DNA of 63,639 bases, counting the filler, from Octopus bimaculoides (lineage: Eukaryota), in assembly GCF_001194135.2 (NCBI RefSeq). It is 6 parts of 6 records of this genome, joined end to end, with 100 filler letters (N's around TTAATTAATTAA, not from the genome) between each part and the next. Parts side by side here need not be neighbours in the genome. Positions count along the whole stretch, not along the records: positions 1 to 7,273 come from NC_068996.1; positions 7,374 to 24,091 come from NC_069002.1; 4 more parts are not named here. One strand, 5' to 3'. Positions 1 to 12,589 of this stretch are shown piece after piece. Position numbers and translations under genes: made by a program. A model generated the notes under the pieces. The model saw nothing but the letters and a program-made list of their open reading frames with translations. It was not told the origin of the DNA and searched no databases. Position 1 is the stretch's first letter, and the number at the start of each line of letters is the position of its first letter.

Positions 1-51
1 CAATCTAACCTGTACTCATTTCATCTCTCTCTATTTCACTCAGTCACACCA

Positions 52-87
<36 letters not shown>

Positions 88-109
88 TGTATGTATGTAT
101 GTACATACA

Positions 110-217
110 CAGTAGTACCTCGGTTTATGAACGCCTCTGATCACGAATAGATTGTGCTTTATATATAAAGCACGATTTATTCGTGATCAGAGACGTTCGA
201 AAACCGAGGTACTACTG
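110..217. mobile_element. Fully palindromic MITE, Tc1/mariner-pogo (Tigger-like)
   Basis: CAGTAGTACCTCGGTT...AACCGAGGTACTACTG; the arms pair almost to a central TATATA; flanks CA (108-109) and TA (218-219); a diverged right-arm copy lies at 247-299. Confidence 0.75.
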
Positions 218-485
218 TATTAAATGAATATGAGAAAGACAGAAGATAAAGCACGATTTATTTCTGATTAAATGTGTTTCGAAAGCCGAGGTATTACTGT
301 ATATATAATAAATGGGAAAATGTATTGTGAGTAAACAAATGACGGTTGAAAAACGTATAACGTATACTGAGTGTACAACTAGACGGGAGACAGACGCTGA
401 AGGTCCCTAATTCTTCAACAGTTATCAACCAGAAGGTATTACTGTTTTATATATAAATGCTTTAGCCTCATATATATACTCTATT

Positions 486-637
486 ACTCTTTTACTTGTT
501 TCAGTTATTTTGACCGCGGCCATGCTGGAGCACGGCTTTTAGTCGAACAAATCGACGCCAGGACTTATTCTTTGTAAGCCTAGTAAACACACCAGCATCG
601 GTTGTCAAGCGATGTTGGGGGGACAAACACAGACACA

Positions 638-687
<50 letters not shown>

Positions 688-850
688 CGACGGACTTCTT
701 TCAGTTTCCGTCTACCAAATCCACTCACAAGGCTCTGGTCGGCCAGAGGCTATAGTAGAAGACACTTGCCCAAGGTGCCACGCAGTGGGACTGCACCCGG
801 AACTATGTGGTTGGTAAGCAATCTTCTTACTACACAGCCACTCCTGCGCC
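486..850 (-). mobile_element. SINE family A (tRNA-derived head, CORE-like box, internal (TA)n(TG)n, 3' tail)
   Basis: Minus strand GGCGCAGGAGTGGCTGTG..GTTCCGGGTGCAGTCCC..CACCTTGGGCAAGTG..microsatellite..GCTCCAGCATGGCCGCGGTCAAAATAACTGAAAC; more than 12 homologous copies in the window. Confidence 0.9.
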
Positions 851-862
851 TATATAGGTGTG

Positions 863-904
<42 letters not shown>

Positions 905-905
<1 letters not shown>

Positions 906-1083
906 GTTTGATCTCTCTCTCACTACTTGATAGCCAGTGTTGGTTTATTTACGCCCCTGTAATGTAGCTGTACGGCAAAGAAACCGACAGAGTGAATACC
1001 AGACTGAGAGAAAAAGCAACATAGATATTGCGATCGATTTGTTCGACTAAACCTTTTAAGGCAGTGCTCCAGCATGGACGTAG
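905..1083 (+). mobile_element. SINE A 3' half, diverged
   Basis: Homologous to 486-620 (GATTTGTTCGACTAAA..GTGCTCCAGCATGG). Confidence 0.7.
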
Positions 1084-1489
1084 AACATGGACAGTGTACA
1101 AAGATGTTCAAAACTCGACGTTTTGAGACACCAATGGTATTTTTTGAATGGTATATCTTCAACGACGGACGATTATTCAGCCGCGCCTGCGACTAAAGAT
1201 TCGTGGCTACTCTAATTTCCGCTGCTTCTTTTGTGTGCCTCTAAGACCGAGAGAACCCCGACAAAAACGTTTCAAATGTTTACATACTCACGGATAATAC
1301 ATACGATAGGATTACAACATAGTAAATTACTCTTATCTAAAACAGAGTCAAACACTATACATGCAGACCATTGCAAATCTAGCTAACATTTCAAACATAC
1401 ACGAAAATCATTTCTTTAATTCTTTGAAATGCCCGAGGAATACACAATAAAAAGAAACAAAGTAAGTTTGAATATTGATTTCAAATTAA

Positions 1490-1702
1490 GGCAGCGAGCT
1501 GGCAGAAACGTTAGCACGCCGGGGCGAAATGCTTAGTGGTATTTCGACTGTCTTTACGCTCTGAGTTCAAATTCCACCGAGGTCGACTTTGCCTTTCATC
1601 GTTTCGCAGTCGATAAATCAAGTACCAGTCAAGTACTAGGGTTGATCTAATCGACTGGCCCCCTCATCAAAAATTTTGGGCCTTGTGCCGAGAATAGAAA
1701 AG
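1490..1702 (+). mobile_element. SINE family B (short tRNA-derived)
   Basis: GGCAGCGAGCTGGCAGAAACGTTAGC..CTGAGTTCAAATTCC (B-box)..GTCGACTTTGCCTTTCATC; flanked by a 17-bp direct repeat (1471-1487 and 1703-1719). Confidence 0.9.
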
Positions 1703-1894
1703 AATATTAATTTCAAATTTTTGCACAACTCCAGAAATTTCGGCGGTGTGGGTAAGTCGATTACATCGACCCCAGTACTCAATGAATGAAAGGCAAAGTC
1801 GACCTCGGCAGAAATTGAACTCAGAGCGTAAAGACAGACGAATTGCTGCTAAACATTTTGCCCGGCGTGTTAGCGATTCTGCCAGCTCGCTGTC
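1703..1894 (-). mobile_element. SINE B
   Basis: Reverse complement of 1490-1702 with a short internal deletion. Confidence 0.9.
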
Positions 1895-1908
1895 TTTATG
1901 ACGAAACT

Positions 1909-2119
1909 AATATTGATTTCAAATTATGGCACAAGGCCAGCAGGTTACAAAGGCTGCGTAAGTCGATTTCATCAACCCTAGGTCTGAGCTTGGTATTTAC
2001 GTTATCGATCCTGAAAGGATAAAAGGCAAAGTGAATTTCGGCGGAATTTGAACTCAGAACGTAAATGCTAAAGGACGAAATGCTAACGGCGTGCTAACAC
2101 AACTGCCAGCTCACCGCCT
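1909..2119 (-). mobile_element. SINE B
   Basis: GCAAAGTGAATTTCGGCGGAATTTGAACTCAGAACG..CTGCCAGCTCACCGCC. Confidence 0.85.
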
Positions 2120-2457
2120 TTGCAATATGTCAGTTATATCAAAACTACAGTTGGCTTTTCCTCCATCATTGTTCTGTTTCCTCGGTACTTTTATGATAAT
2201 GCATCTTCTTTCTTCCTTTTTTTTTCTTTTTCTTTCTAAAGAAGTTTGGAAGAATATTAAGAAGAAATATCTTTTGGAATGACTACACTGCGATAATATC
2301 TACAATCTTTTACGCTTTTAGTTGAAAAAGACTTTATTTTAAAGTCTGGTACATATTCTATCGCTCCTTTTTGTCCATCTGCTAAGCTTGTAAACAGCAA
2401 CGGTTGTCAAATGGTGAGGTGGGGAACAAACATAAACTCAAACACACACACACCTTT

Positions 2458-3070
2458 TATCTATTTTCACTTGTTTCAGTCACTAGACTGCGGCCATGCT
2501 GGGGTACCGCCTCGAGGAGTTTTTTTTATTCGAACGACTCAACACCAGAATTTAATTTTGTTAAGCCTGGTACTTATTCTATCCATTTTTTTTTGCCGGA
2601 CCGTTAAGTTACAGGAACACCCCAACGTAAACACACCAACACCGGTTGTCAAGCGGTAGTCGGGAAACAAACGCAGACTCAAAGACGCGTTTTTGGTTTA
2701 GTTGCAATACAGGTTGAAATTATTCAGTCAGGGAAGTATGAAAGATGTAGCTTATGCGTAGATACTAATATGGTCTGTGATATCCGCCCATGGGCTCCGT
2801 CCCTTTTATTTCACATCGTTAATCTATGCAGTGATCATGAACAAATTTATGAATGGTTAAATAAAAAGGCGAGGTCTTCTGCTGTTTCTCAATATATAAA
2901 AAAATATACGACGGGTTTCTTTCAGTTTCCGTCTACTGAATCCACTCATAAGGCTTTGGTCGGCTGGTGGCTACAGTAGAAGACGCTTGTCCAAAGTGCC
3001 ATGCAGTGGGATTGAACCCGAAATCATGCGGTTGGGAAGCAAGCTTCTTACCAAGCAGTCACGCCTGCCC
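2458..3070 (-). mobile_element. SINE A tail half (2458-2670) and head half (2905-3070) separated by about 240 bp
   Basis: Homology to 486-850. Confidence 0.75.
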
Positions 3071-3109
<39 letters not shown>

Positions 3110-3224
3110 GCTCGCTTAATTTAGACAACCAGCTTCGTCCAGCCTTGTAACTCCAGTCGCTGCTAAAATTTTAGTAAGTTACTGTACACGAAACACTCTA
3201 AAACTGTCATATGGCACTCCATCG

Positions 3225-3705
3225 GTTATAATGATGTTCCGATCAACGAAACATACTGCTCTTGAAATTAAGGTGCAAGTAGCTGGGACTCCACAGACAT
3301 CCTTAATGTAGTTCTCAAGAAGAATCAGCGTCACACAGAATGTAACAAGGCTGGCCATTTTGAAATACAGATTCAACTCATTTTCGCCAGCTAGAGTAAC
3401 GTAAAAATAAAGTGCCTTGCTCAAGGGCATAGGGCACCGCCAGCTATCGAACTCTCGATCTTACAATCATAACCACTAAGCCATGTGCCTTCCGATCAAC
3501 AGAATAGCCTGTTCGTGAAATTAACCTGCAAGTGGCTGAAAGCTCCACTCTGAACGTAGTTCTCAGGGAAAGATAGAAAGCAACTCCATTTTGACGGCAA
3601 TGTGACTCATACTTGCTCGAACACACAACGCGCCACCGGGTATCGCAGTCACGATCCTACGATAGTGAGCCGAATACCCTAACCACTGAGCCACGCGTCT
3701 TCACA
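3225..3705 (-). mobile_element. Two partial copies of SINE family C
   Basis: Homologous to 55441-55817 (GTTCCGATCAACG..GAAATTAA..GTAGTTCTCA). Confidence 0.7.
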
Positions 3706-3771
3706 GGAATTGATAACAATCAGTTATTATTGAAAAATACTGTTCTCAGTTTCTATATCTCCCATTCTCCT

Positions 3772-3849
<78 letters not shown>

Positions 3850-4167
3850 GCTCTCCTTCAATTTAAACTTCCTTCTGTCCCTCCTCTTGCCTTTCTCTCG
3901 TTCTAAATGAGTGTATGCATGAGCAAATAAGCCTTTAGTATTTGCGTGTTAGCAATGTGCTTATTTATGCAAGCACATGTGAGTTAAGTACGTTCAAATG
4001 GGTCGGGTGTGATCATGTTTTTCTTAATATGTGCATTTGGTTGCTGATGTAAGTGCGCAATCTTTTATTATTTAACTTTTGCCAGTGAAGGTCTTTCTCC
4101 GTCACTTACGACGACCCAGGTATATATATATATATGTATATATTCTTCTTTTATTCTTTTCTCTTTT

Positions 4168-4513
4168 TTCTTGTTTCAGTCATTTGACTGCGGCCATGCT
4201 GGAGCACCGCCTTTTGTCGAACAAATCAACCCCAGGACTTATTCTTTGTAAGCCTAGTACCTATTCTATCGATCAATTTTGCCGAACCACTAAGTTACGG
4301 GGGCGTGAACACAACAACATCGGTCGTAAAGCGAAGGTGGGGGGATAAACGCAGACACACAATTATATATAAATATTATATGTGACGGGCTTCTTTCAGT
4401 TTCCGTCTACCAAATCCTCTCACAAGGCTTTGGTTGGCCCGAAGCTATAGTAAAAGATACTTGCCCAAGGTACCACGCAGTGGGACTGAACCCGGAACCA
4501 TGTGGTTGGGAAG
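4168..4513 (-). mobile_element. SINE A
   Basis: Homology to 486-850. Confidence 0.9.
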
Positions 4514-4759
4514 GGATCAACTGTCTTCGAAAACTCATATTGTCGTTCAATGCTCGAAATGAGGAGTAGATAGACAGCCGACGAAGGGTCGTTCTTTATG
4601 TTACTTGTCCTGTCTTCCATATATTTCTCTCGTTGTTTGCGCACTGAACTCATTTGTTTTCGTATTTCATCTTGTTTACTGTTGATAACGTCTTGTACTC
4701 ATATATCTATGTATATATATCTCTTTACTCTCTTTTACTCTCTCTCTCTCTCTCTCTCT

Positions 4760-4923
4760 TTTACTTGTTTCAGTCATTTGACTGCGGCCATGCTGGAGCA
4801 CCGCCTTTACTCGAGTAAATCGACCCCAGGACTTATTCTTTGTAAGCCTAGTACTTATTCTATCGGTTCCTTTTGCCGAACCGCTAAGTTACGGGGACGT
4901 AAACACAGCAGCATCGGTTGTCA
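4760..4923 (-). mobile_element. SINE A 3' part, cut by N gap
   Basis: Homology to 486-620. Confidence 0.9.
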
Positions 4924-5802
4924 ANNNNNNNNNNNNNNNNNNNNNNNNNNNNNNNNNNNNNNNNNNNNNNNNNNNNNNNNNNNNNNNNNNNNNNNNNNNN
5001 NNNNNNNNNNNNNNNNNNNNNNNNNNNNNNNNNNNNNNNNNNNNNNNNNNNNNNNNNNNNNNNNNNNNNNNNNNNNNNNNNNNNNNNNNNNNNNNNNNNN
5101 NNNNNNNNNNNNNNNNNNNNNNNNNNNNNNNNNNNNNNNNNNNNNNNNNNNNNNNNNNNNNNNNNNNNNNNNNNNNNNNNNNNNNNNNNNNNNNNNNNNN
5201 NNNNNNNNNNNNNNNNNNNNNNNNNNNNNNNNNNNNNNNNNNNNNNNNNNNNNNNNNNNNNNNNNNNNNNNNNNNNNNNNNNNNNNNNNNNNNNNNNNNN
5301 NNNNNNNNNNNNNNNNNNNNNNNNNNNNNNNNNNNNNNNNNNNNNNNNNNNNNNNNNNNNNNNNNNNNNNNNNNNNNNNNNNNNNNNNNNNNNNNNNNNN
5401 NNNNNNNNNNNNNNNNNNNNNNNNNNNNNNNNNNNNNNNNNNNNNNNNNNNNNNNNNNNNNNNNNNNNNNNNNNNNNNNNNNNNNNNNNNNNNNNNNNNN
5501 NNNNNNNNNNNNNNNNNNNNNNNNNNNNNNNNNNNNNNNNNNNNNNNNNNNNNNNNNNNNNNNNNNNNNNNNNNNNNNNNNNNTTATTTCAGGAGAGCTA
5601 AGAAAAGGGGAGATAACAAACGGTGATCGGGAACGAGGGGCTGTGTGTGGGAGGTAGAATGCTGGTGATCTTGACGTATGTAGTGTGAAAATGGGGAAGG
5701 GAGAAAGGGAGAAAGGGAGTTAGTAGTTGGTCAGTTGTAGTGTGTGCGTGGTGTGATGCGAGGGTATATATATATATATATGTATGAGACCATTATTACT
5801 GC

Positions 5803-5841
<39 letters not shown>

Positions 5842-5842
5842 A

Positions 5843-6055
5843 GGCAGCGAGTTGGCAGAGTCGTTAGCACACCGGACAAAATGCGTAGCGGCATTTCGTC
5901 CGTCTTTAGGCTCTGAGTTCATATTCCGCCAAGATCCACCTTGTCTTTCATCCTTTTGGGGTCGATAAAATAAGTACCAGTTGAGCCCTGGTGTCGATGT
6001 AATCAATTTATCCCCTCCCCAAAATGGCTGACATTGTGGCAAAATTTGAAACCAT
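5843..6055 (+). mobile_element. SINE B
   Basis: Homology to 1490-1702; lies between (GTT)n and (TTA)n. Confidence 0.85.
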
Positions 6056-6064
6056 TATTATTAA

Positions 6065-6108
<44 letters not shown>

Positions 6109-6516
6109 GAGTGAGAGAGCAGTGCATGCCATCAAAGTGACACTGGGGTAAAATATACGAAGCCCAGTATACCCACCATGACTACCCGTCTGTTAAGGGT
6201 ACACCAGGAACATGCATTACAACCATATGTGCGCGACATGGTGATCTCATATCAAGATAAACAGCGCATGACCTTGCAGGTGGGACCCAGTTAGAATTTT
6301 CTTCAGGTCGAGTAGCCCATCCCGCTCAAAAGGTCCCTGCGTAAGGTTTGTTTAAGGATGTTGAGCAAAACATCCATGTTTCCAGAGACGAATTATCCAA
6401 ATCCCAAAGAATCTCTTTCAACACATGAGTATGATGCTCCCTCAAGAATTTCTCTCAACACATCGCAATGAAGCACCCCCAAACTATAACGCTCCCTATT
6501 ATTATGATGCTTCCCC

Positions 6517-6517
<1 letters not shown>
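6109..6517. repeat. Unclassified element embedded in (TTA)n, with a re-iterated right end
   Basis: Complex sequence bounded by (TTA)n at both ends; four copies of an ATGATGCTCCC-like motif at 6405-6517. Confidence 0.5.
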
Positions 6518-6562
<45 letters not shown>

Positions 6563-6573
6563 TATTATTATTA

Positions 6574-6623
<50 letters not shown>

Positions 6624-7074
6624 CATTATTATTTTTTTGGTTTTCTTATAAAGAAAAATTTCGTTTATGATGAAATAGACTACATCTGTAAAGTGCTTGC
6701 TATATGATTGTATTTTTCCCTCACTGAAACTCAGTTTTTCGCTACAAACATAACTAAGTGTACCAATAATACTGCTATGAATAGGATTTCATTATCAAGA
6801 AAGTGGAGCGGTTGGTTTAAAAGGTGTTGGCAAAAATGTTCTCATTTAATCTGATTTTAAAATAAATATTCCCATATTCAGGGCATCCAATGTCTTTGAC
6901 TGTACATAATCATTGCTTTTTTTTTTCTTCTTTTCTGTTCCACGCAATTATATGTATGCTCACGCACAGACACTCACACGCACACACATACACATGCTCA
7001 TGCTCACACAAACACACATGCACTCACGCATACATACCCACACTAACACAGGCAAACACGCACAGACACTCACA

Positions 7075-7111
<37 letters not shown>

Positions 7112-7225
7112 ATGCCCATGCACACACACGCACATGCACGTAAACACACACATTTTATACTCTTTCAACGGTGTTGTTTTCTATATCTATCTATCTATCT
7201 ATCTATCTGTCTGTCTGTCTGTCTG

Positions 7226-7273
<48 letters not shown>

Positions 7274-7317
7274 NNNNNNNNNNNNNNNNNNNNNNNNNNN
7301 NNNNNNNNNNNNNNNNN

Positions 7318-7329
7318 TTAATTAATTAA
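7318..7329. other. Artificial six-frame-stop linker TTAATTAATTAA inside a 100-bp scaffold join
   Basis: Identical 44N+12+44N pattern also at 24136-24147, 44180-44191, 57294-57305 and 61546-61557. Confidence 0.95.
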
Positions 7330-7373
7330 NNNNNNNNNNNNNNNNNNNNNNNNNNNNNNNNNNNNNNNNNNNN

Positions 7374-7409
<36 letters not shown>

Positions 7410-8072
7410 CACACGTCTTTTTTTATTGAAACCGAAACTGTGTGCTTGTTTTGTGACTCAAGTTTCACTCCCCTGCAGGCGTGAAACGTGAGTTGCAAGA
7501 CTCTCAGTTTCAATAAAAGAAAAAAACAGATTTTCTACATCGTGTGTTAAGCACCCACCTCTCCTTCATTCACTATAAACCAATGTGTATGTGTGTGTGT
7601 ATTTATGAATGTATCTATGTATGTCTGTATGATTGAATAATGTTATTTCCATCTCAGGTGTCTATAAATGACCAAAAACACTTTATCTATTCAACATTAG
7701 TGTTAAGTTGTTCCTGGAAATTTCTCTGTTGAGGCTGGATCGAAGTTTTTTGATAAGATTCTCTGCTGTTTATCGTTTTATTTGTGGATAACTTTTGTGT
7801 TTTTTTTATTTTCCAAGAATTGTCCTATCTAACGAAGTTTTAGAAATATCTGTGATGAGCCCAGCTCCCCTTCCCCTCCATTTTTCACATTCTCTTTTAC
7901 ATCTATATTTTGCAAATTTTATTTATGTTTATTCTTTTTTTTCTCTCAGTAACTGACACAGATCACCATTAGACTTTAGTTTGGTGTTTTCTTCACCATT
8001 AAACAGATGATAGAAATACACAAGGATGCTAACAGCTTTCGTCACAGACTTGTCATATTATTCCAACAGGAT

Positions 8073-8620
8073 TGTCATCGTCATCATCATCACAATCGCT
8101 GTTGTCATCATCCTCGTCTTCATCACACTTTCAATATTAGTTTCATTATCTTAAACTGTTCTTAAGCTTGCTATTTGTTACAATTCACACCAGGGTCTCA
8201 ATTGAATAACTGGATAATAGCTGTGTCCATGCTTGGTCATCATCATCATCATCATCACTGCCATCATTATCATTGCCGTCACCATCACCGTCACCAATAC
8301 CATCATCTCTATGGTCTTCATTATTGTAACTGCCATCATCATCACCAAAATTACCACCACCACTACAATGATGATCATCATCATTATCATTGCTGTCACC
8401 ATCATCATCACCACCAACTTTATCATCATCACCAAGATGGCAATCATCATTATCATCACTATTATTGCCATCATCATCATCATCATTACTGTCATCATCA
8501 TCATCACCATCACTATTATTTTCACCATTGTTTATTGTTACCATTATTCACCTCTATATCCTGTTCCTCGTTATCATTATAATCATAATTATCATTACAT
8601 TGCGCTGTGCCATGCCTCTT
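8073..8620. repeat. Degenerate (CAT)n/(CAC)n low-complexity tract
   Basis: Cryptic triplet repeats, open in several frames on both strands. Confidence 0.9.
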
Positions 8621-10019
8621 CATTATCTTTGTGCCATAACTGCTCCTCTGCTAAAACACTGACATGTGGTTTCTCTAATATTCAACTTTGACTATGGCTT
8701 CCACAACTACAAAGTTCAGTTTTTTTTTTCTGATTATTTATTTTTGGTTCAAGAGTGTTCTATTTAGTCTTAATATAGTCTCTATAAATATTTTCTCTGT
8801 CTAGTTTTTTTTTTTGTTTTTTTTTCACACATAATATAGACATGCTGCTATGGTTCCTTGTTTTATACGCATGGTTAGTCAACGAGAAAGTGCTGTGTTT
8901 AGATACCATCCATTGTTACAGTTAAATTGCAAACTTCACAAGGTTTACAATTTCCAATATTTACATCAGAATTTGAACATCACATTACTCACCAAAGTTT
9001 ACTCACCAAAGTTTACTCACCGAATGAGATTCTCTGATTTATTATTGAAATGATGGATATTTTAAAATCTAATATCTTTGTAATATACCACAGCTCATGT
9101 TCTGAACGATGAGATTTTTTGATTACACATTTATCTGTGTCCATAGATGATGTGCGTTACATTTTTATATAGATTTTGTATGATTGTCATACCAGTTGTA
9201 GTTTGGTTGAGTTAAATTCTATATTATTATCATTATTATTTAATAATATCAATTTATTTGGTCTACCAATTTATTTGAATTTCTGTTATTGAATAGTATT
9301 TTCCATTTTATTACTGTTCCTGGCCCTGGTTTTTTTGCTTTTAGTTTATTTTTATTTTATTTTATCCAAGAACAAAATCGAAAGTGTCTTTTGAGTTTGG
9401 ACCTTCAACTGACATTTAATATCTAAACAGACGTTCACTATCTGCCGACATGTCTTGGCATTTATTACCATTTTTTAGTATCGACAACTCACGTAATTGA
9501 TATGTTGTATCTTATTCTTAAATTTACTTTCAGCTTCTTCAGTGACAGAATAATCTTTACCAAAGAAACGGTACATACTATAGTGAAGAAGAACAAATAG
9601 AATTATGAAAGAAAAATTTTTTTAGTTTGTTAGTAAGGAATGCATAATTTTTGAATTGAGCTTGAATGCACACATATGCACCTACATGTTTGTATGTGTG
9701 TACATATGCACCTACATGTTTGTATGTGTGTACATAAGCTTATACACATGCTCTCACACACACCATCACCATTGTCATTATCATTCTAATGTCTTCTTTT
9801 CCATGCTTGCATCAGTCAGAGTTTATTGATGGAGATTTTTCTGCGGCTGGATGCTTGTCAGCCCTCATCCATCTCCGAGTACAGCATTATTTCACCATGT
9901 CCTTCAAACATCAATAGAGCAATGACCACACATCCTTACATGAAAGATTGCAAACGAAGGACATTGGCTTTGTTAACAGTCAATGTTGCAATGTGAAGGG
10001 AAGGAACACACACACGCGA

Positions 10020-10345
10020 TGGGCTTCTTTCTGTTTGTGTCAAATAAATTTACGCTCAAGGCTTTGGTTACCCTAAGGCTATAGTAGAAGACACTTGACT
10101 GAGGTGCCATTCAGCAGGACTGAACCTGAAGTCATGTGGTTGTGAAGTGAATTTTTTAACCATGCAACTCAGAAGTGTGTATATGTGTGTGTGTGTATGT
10201 GTTTAAAAGAATGTGTACTTGTAGACACCGGCCTGGCTGTGTGGTAAGAAGTTTGCTTCTCAACCACATGGTTCTGGGTTCAATCCCACTGCATAGCCCC
10301 TTGAGCAAATGTGTTCCACCATAGCCTTGGGCCGACCAAGGCAAT
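10020..10345. mobile_element. Two decayed SINE A head halves (10020-10165 minus, 10225-10345 plus)
   Basis: GTAGAAGACACTTG..GGACTGAACC and GGCTGTGTGGTAAGAAGTTTGCTTC..GGGTTCAATCCC. Confidence 0.75.
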
Positions 10346-11087
10346 ATGAGCACCAGTTAGTCCTTGTGCTGGGTAACATGAAAGGTGGACAACAGTGAAA
10401 CTGGCTGGCATCGATTCTTCTGCTGTGAGACTGGCAGCAAGAACAGGGAGAAGGCATTGACCTGGAGAATCCAAAAGTTTGGCTGTGTGCAAAGGAGAAA
10501 TGTCCTAATTTACCTTATATGGTCCCCCCCCCCACCACCATTTCATGTGGTCAACAAATTTTCTTCCCCACACTTTCCTCTTTATATAATTAGATCTATT
10601 TATTATAAGCCTTTATTAATGTTCATTTATTATTTGTTTTTCCATCTCCATTTTATTACTCATCACCATTTCATTTCTGATTCTTTTTTTTCCCCCGTAA
10701 TTCACTTCATATTCTTCTTCAGTGTTTTAGGTTCTTGTAGTTAAGAAAAGTAAGTGCTTATGTTTTAAGTTCAATTCCTGCTGAAGTCAACATTACCTTT
10801 TATTCCTTCAAGGTTAATAAAATAAAATGCCAGTCATGTATTATGGTTGATGGTATCAACTAACCCCTCCCCACAGAATTGCTAGCCTTCTGCCCATACT
10901 GTGATCATGAAATCATCCTGGTTTCAATTCCAGGATCAAGTGGTGCCTTGTGTTCTTGAGTAAACCATTTCATCTCCTGTTGTTGTGATCACTTCAACAT
11001 CTGATATATGGTATACCTGTTCAGGTAACATTTATTTGATGGTGGGAGAGAGCTAATATATGGCATACACATTTGATCACTTTTTTT

Positions 11088-11421
11088 TCAGTCATTTGAC
11101 TGTGGCCATGCAGGAGGGCCGCCTTTAGTTGAACAAATCAACCCCACAACTTATGTTTTGTAAGTCTAGTACTTATTCTATTAGTCTCTTTGCCGAACTG
11201 CCAAGTTACAGAGACGTAAAGACACCAGCATTGGTTGCCAAGTGATAGCGGGAGGACAAACACAGACACGCATACATACACACACACATATATACATATG
11301 TATATATACAACAGGCTTCTTTCAGTTTCCATCTATCAAATCCACTCACAAGGCTTTGGTCGGCCAAGGTACTGAACCCGGGACGATGTGGTTGGTAAGC
11401 AAGCTACTTATCACAGAGCCA
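11088..11421 (-). mobile_element. SINE A, CpG-decayed
   Basis: Homology to 486-850. Confidence 0.85.
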
Positions 11422-12125
11422 CGAACAAATCGTTTGTGCAGGTTATTCAGCAAAGCCTAAACACTGATACATTGTCTTCATTGGGAGAGTCCATGATTGT
11501 CATCATCAATGATATTAATATGCTAACTTTTTGCTTTTGTATCTACCTGTGGTGTGCGTCACACTTCAAAAAGTGGCAAAGCGAGAGAGAGGAGGACAGA
11601 GAGGAAGTAAGAGAAAAAGAGAGAGAGAAAGAGAGAGAGTGAAAGAGACAGTGAGTGGTGATGGCATTTGTTTTGTTTTTAAATGGTTCAGAGAGGAAGT
11701 AAGAGAGAAAGAGAGAGAGTGAAAGAGACAGTGAGTGGTGATGGCGGTCACCGCAAGAGAAGTAGATACATAGATACATATACACATTGTTAAATCAAAA
11801 GCAGGAGAGAAGAGGGACACAAAGGAAGTGAAAGAGAAAGAGAGAGTGAGAGTAGATACATACACACAGCAAATATTGGATGTCAATTTCACTTTTGAAG
11901 ACAAAACAATTCCAGTCAATGGCAAAGCAAAATGTAGGGAGAAAGAGAGAGAGAGAGGGGGTGAAAACTTCGTAGTGGACTGTCTGACACTTACTGTCTG
12001 TCTGCCTCTCTCTCAGGTATGTGTTTGTGTATGTGTATATTTGTATGTATACGATTGTGCGCTGGATCTCTCTCAGTATACCAGCAAACCACAAAATCGC
12101 ACCAGCCAGCATCACCACTACCTCC

Positions 12126-12141
12126 AAGCCCGTCATATATA

Positions 12142-12174
<33 letters not shown>

Positions 12175-12390
12175 CTGTGTGTGTGTGTGTGTGTGTGTGT
12201 TTGTCCCACCACCACTGCTTCACACCGATGTTGGTGCGTTTGCTTCTCCGTAATTTAGCCGTTCAGCAGAAGAGACTGATAGAATAAGCACCAGGCTTAC
12301 AGGGAATAAAGTCCAGGGGTCAATTTCTTTGACTAAAGGGTGGTGCTCCAGCATGGCCACCGTCAAATGACTGAAACAAGTAAAAGAATA
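12126..12390 (+). mobile_element. SINE A 3' two-thirds
   Basis: AAGCCCGTCATATAT(GT)n..GGTGCTCCAGCATGGCCACCGTCAAATGACTGAAACAAGTAAAAG. Confidence 0.85.
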
Positions 12391-12589
12391 CCAGAAAAAG
12401 CATTCCGTACCACCAAACGAAGAAGGTTCTCTGAATATGTTCGATGTATTTTAAGGTTAAATAGTAATTCCGTTTACGTTTGTGTAACTGAGATATTTTG
12501 GTTGGATTATATAGTCATTGGTGTTACGTTACTTTCCATATTCTGTAACTGTCACAATATACTTTTCTAGGCCTGAAATTTTTGTGGGG

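Noticed and set aside
7318-7329. Recurrent TTAATTAATTAA palindrome (5 copies)
   Set aside because: Always centred in 44N+44N; an artificial six-frame stop linker, not biology
8175-8691. His-rich, Asp-rich and Ile-rich ORFs (possible cephalopod His-rich structural protein)
   Set aside because: Open in several frames on both strands of a (CAT)n tract; no signal peptide or splice support
8843-8926. MLLWFLVLYAWLVNEKVLCLDTIHCYS, signal-peptide-like short ORF
   Set aside because: 27 codons, weak donor and no partner exon; compatible with chance
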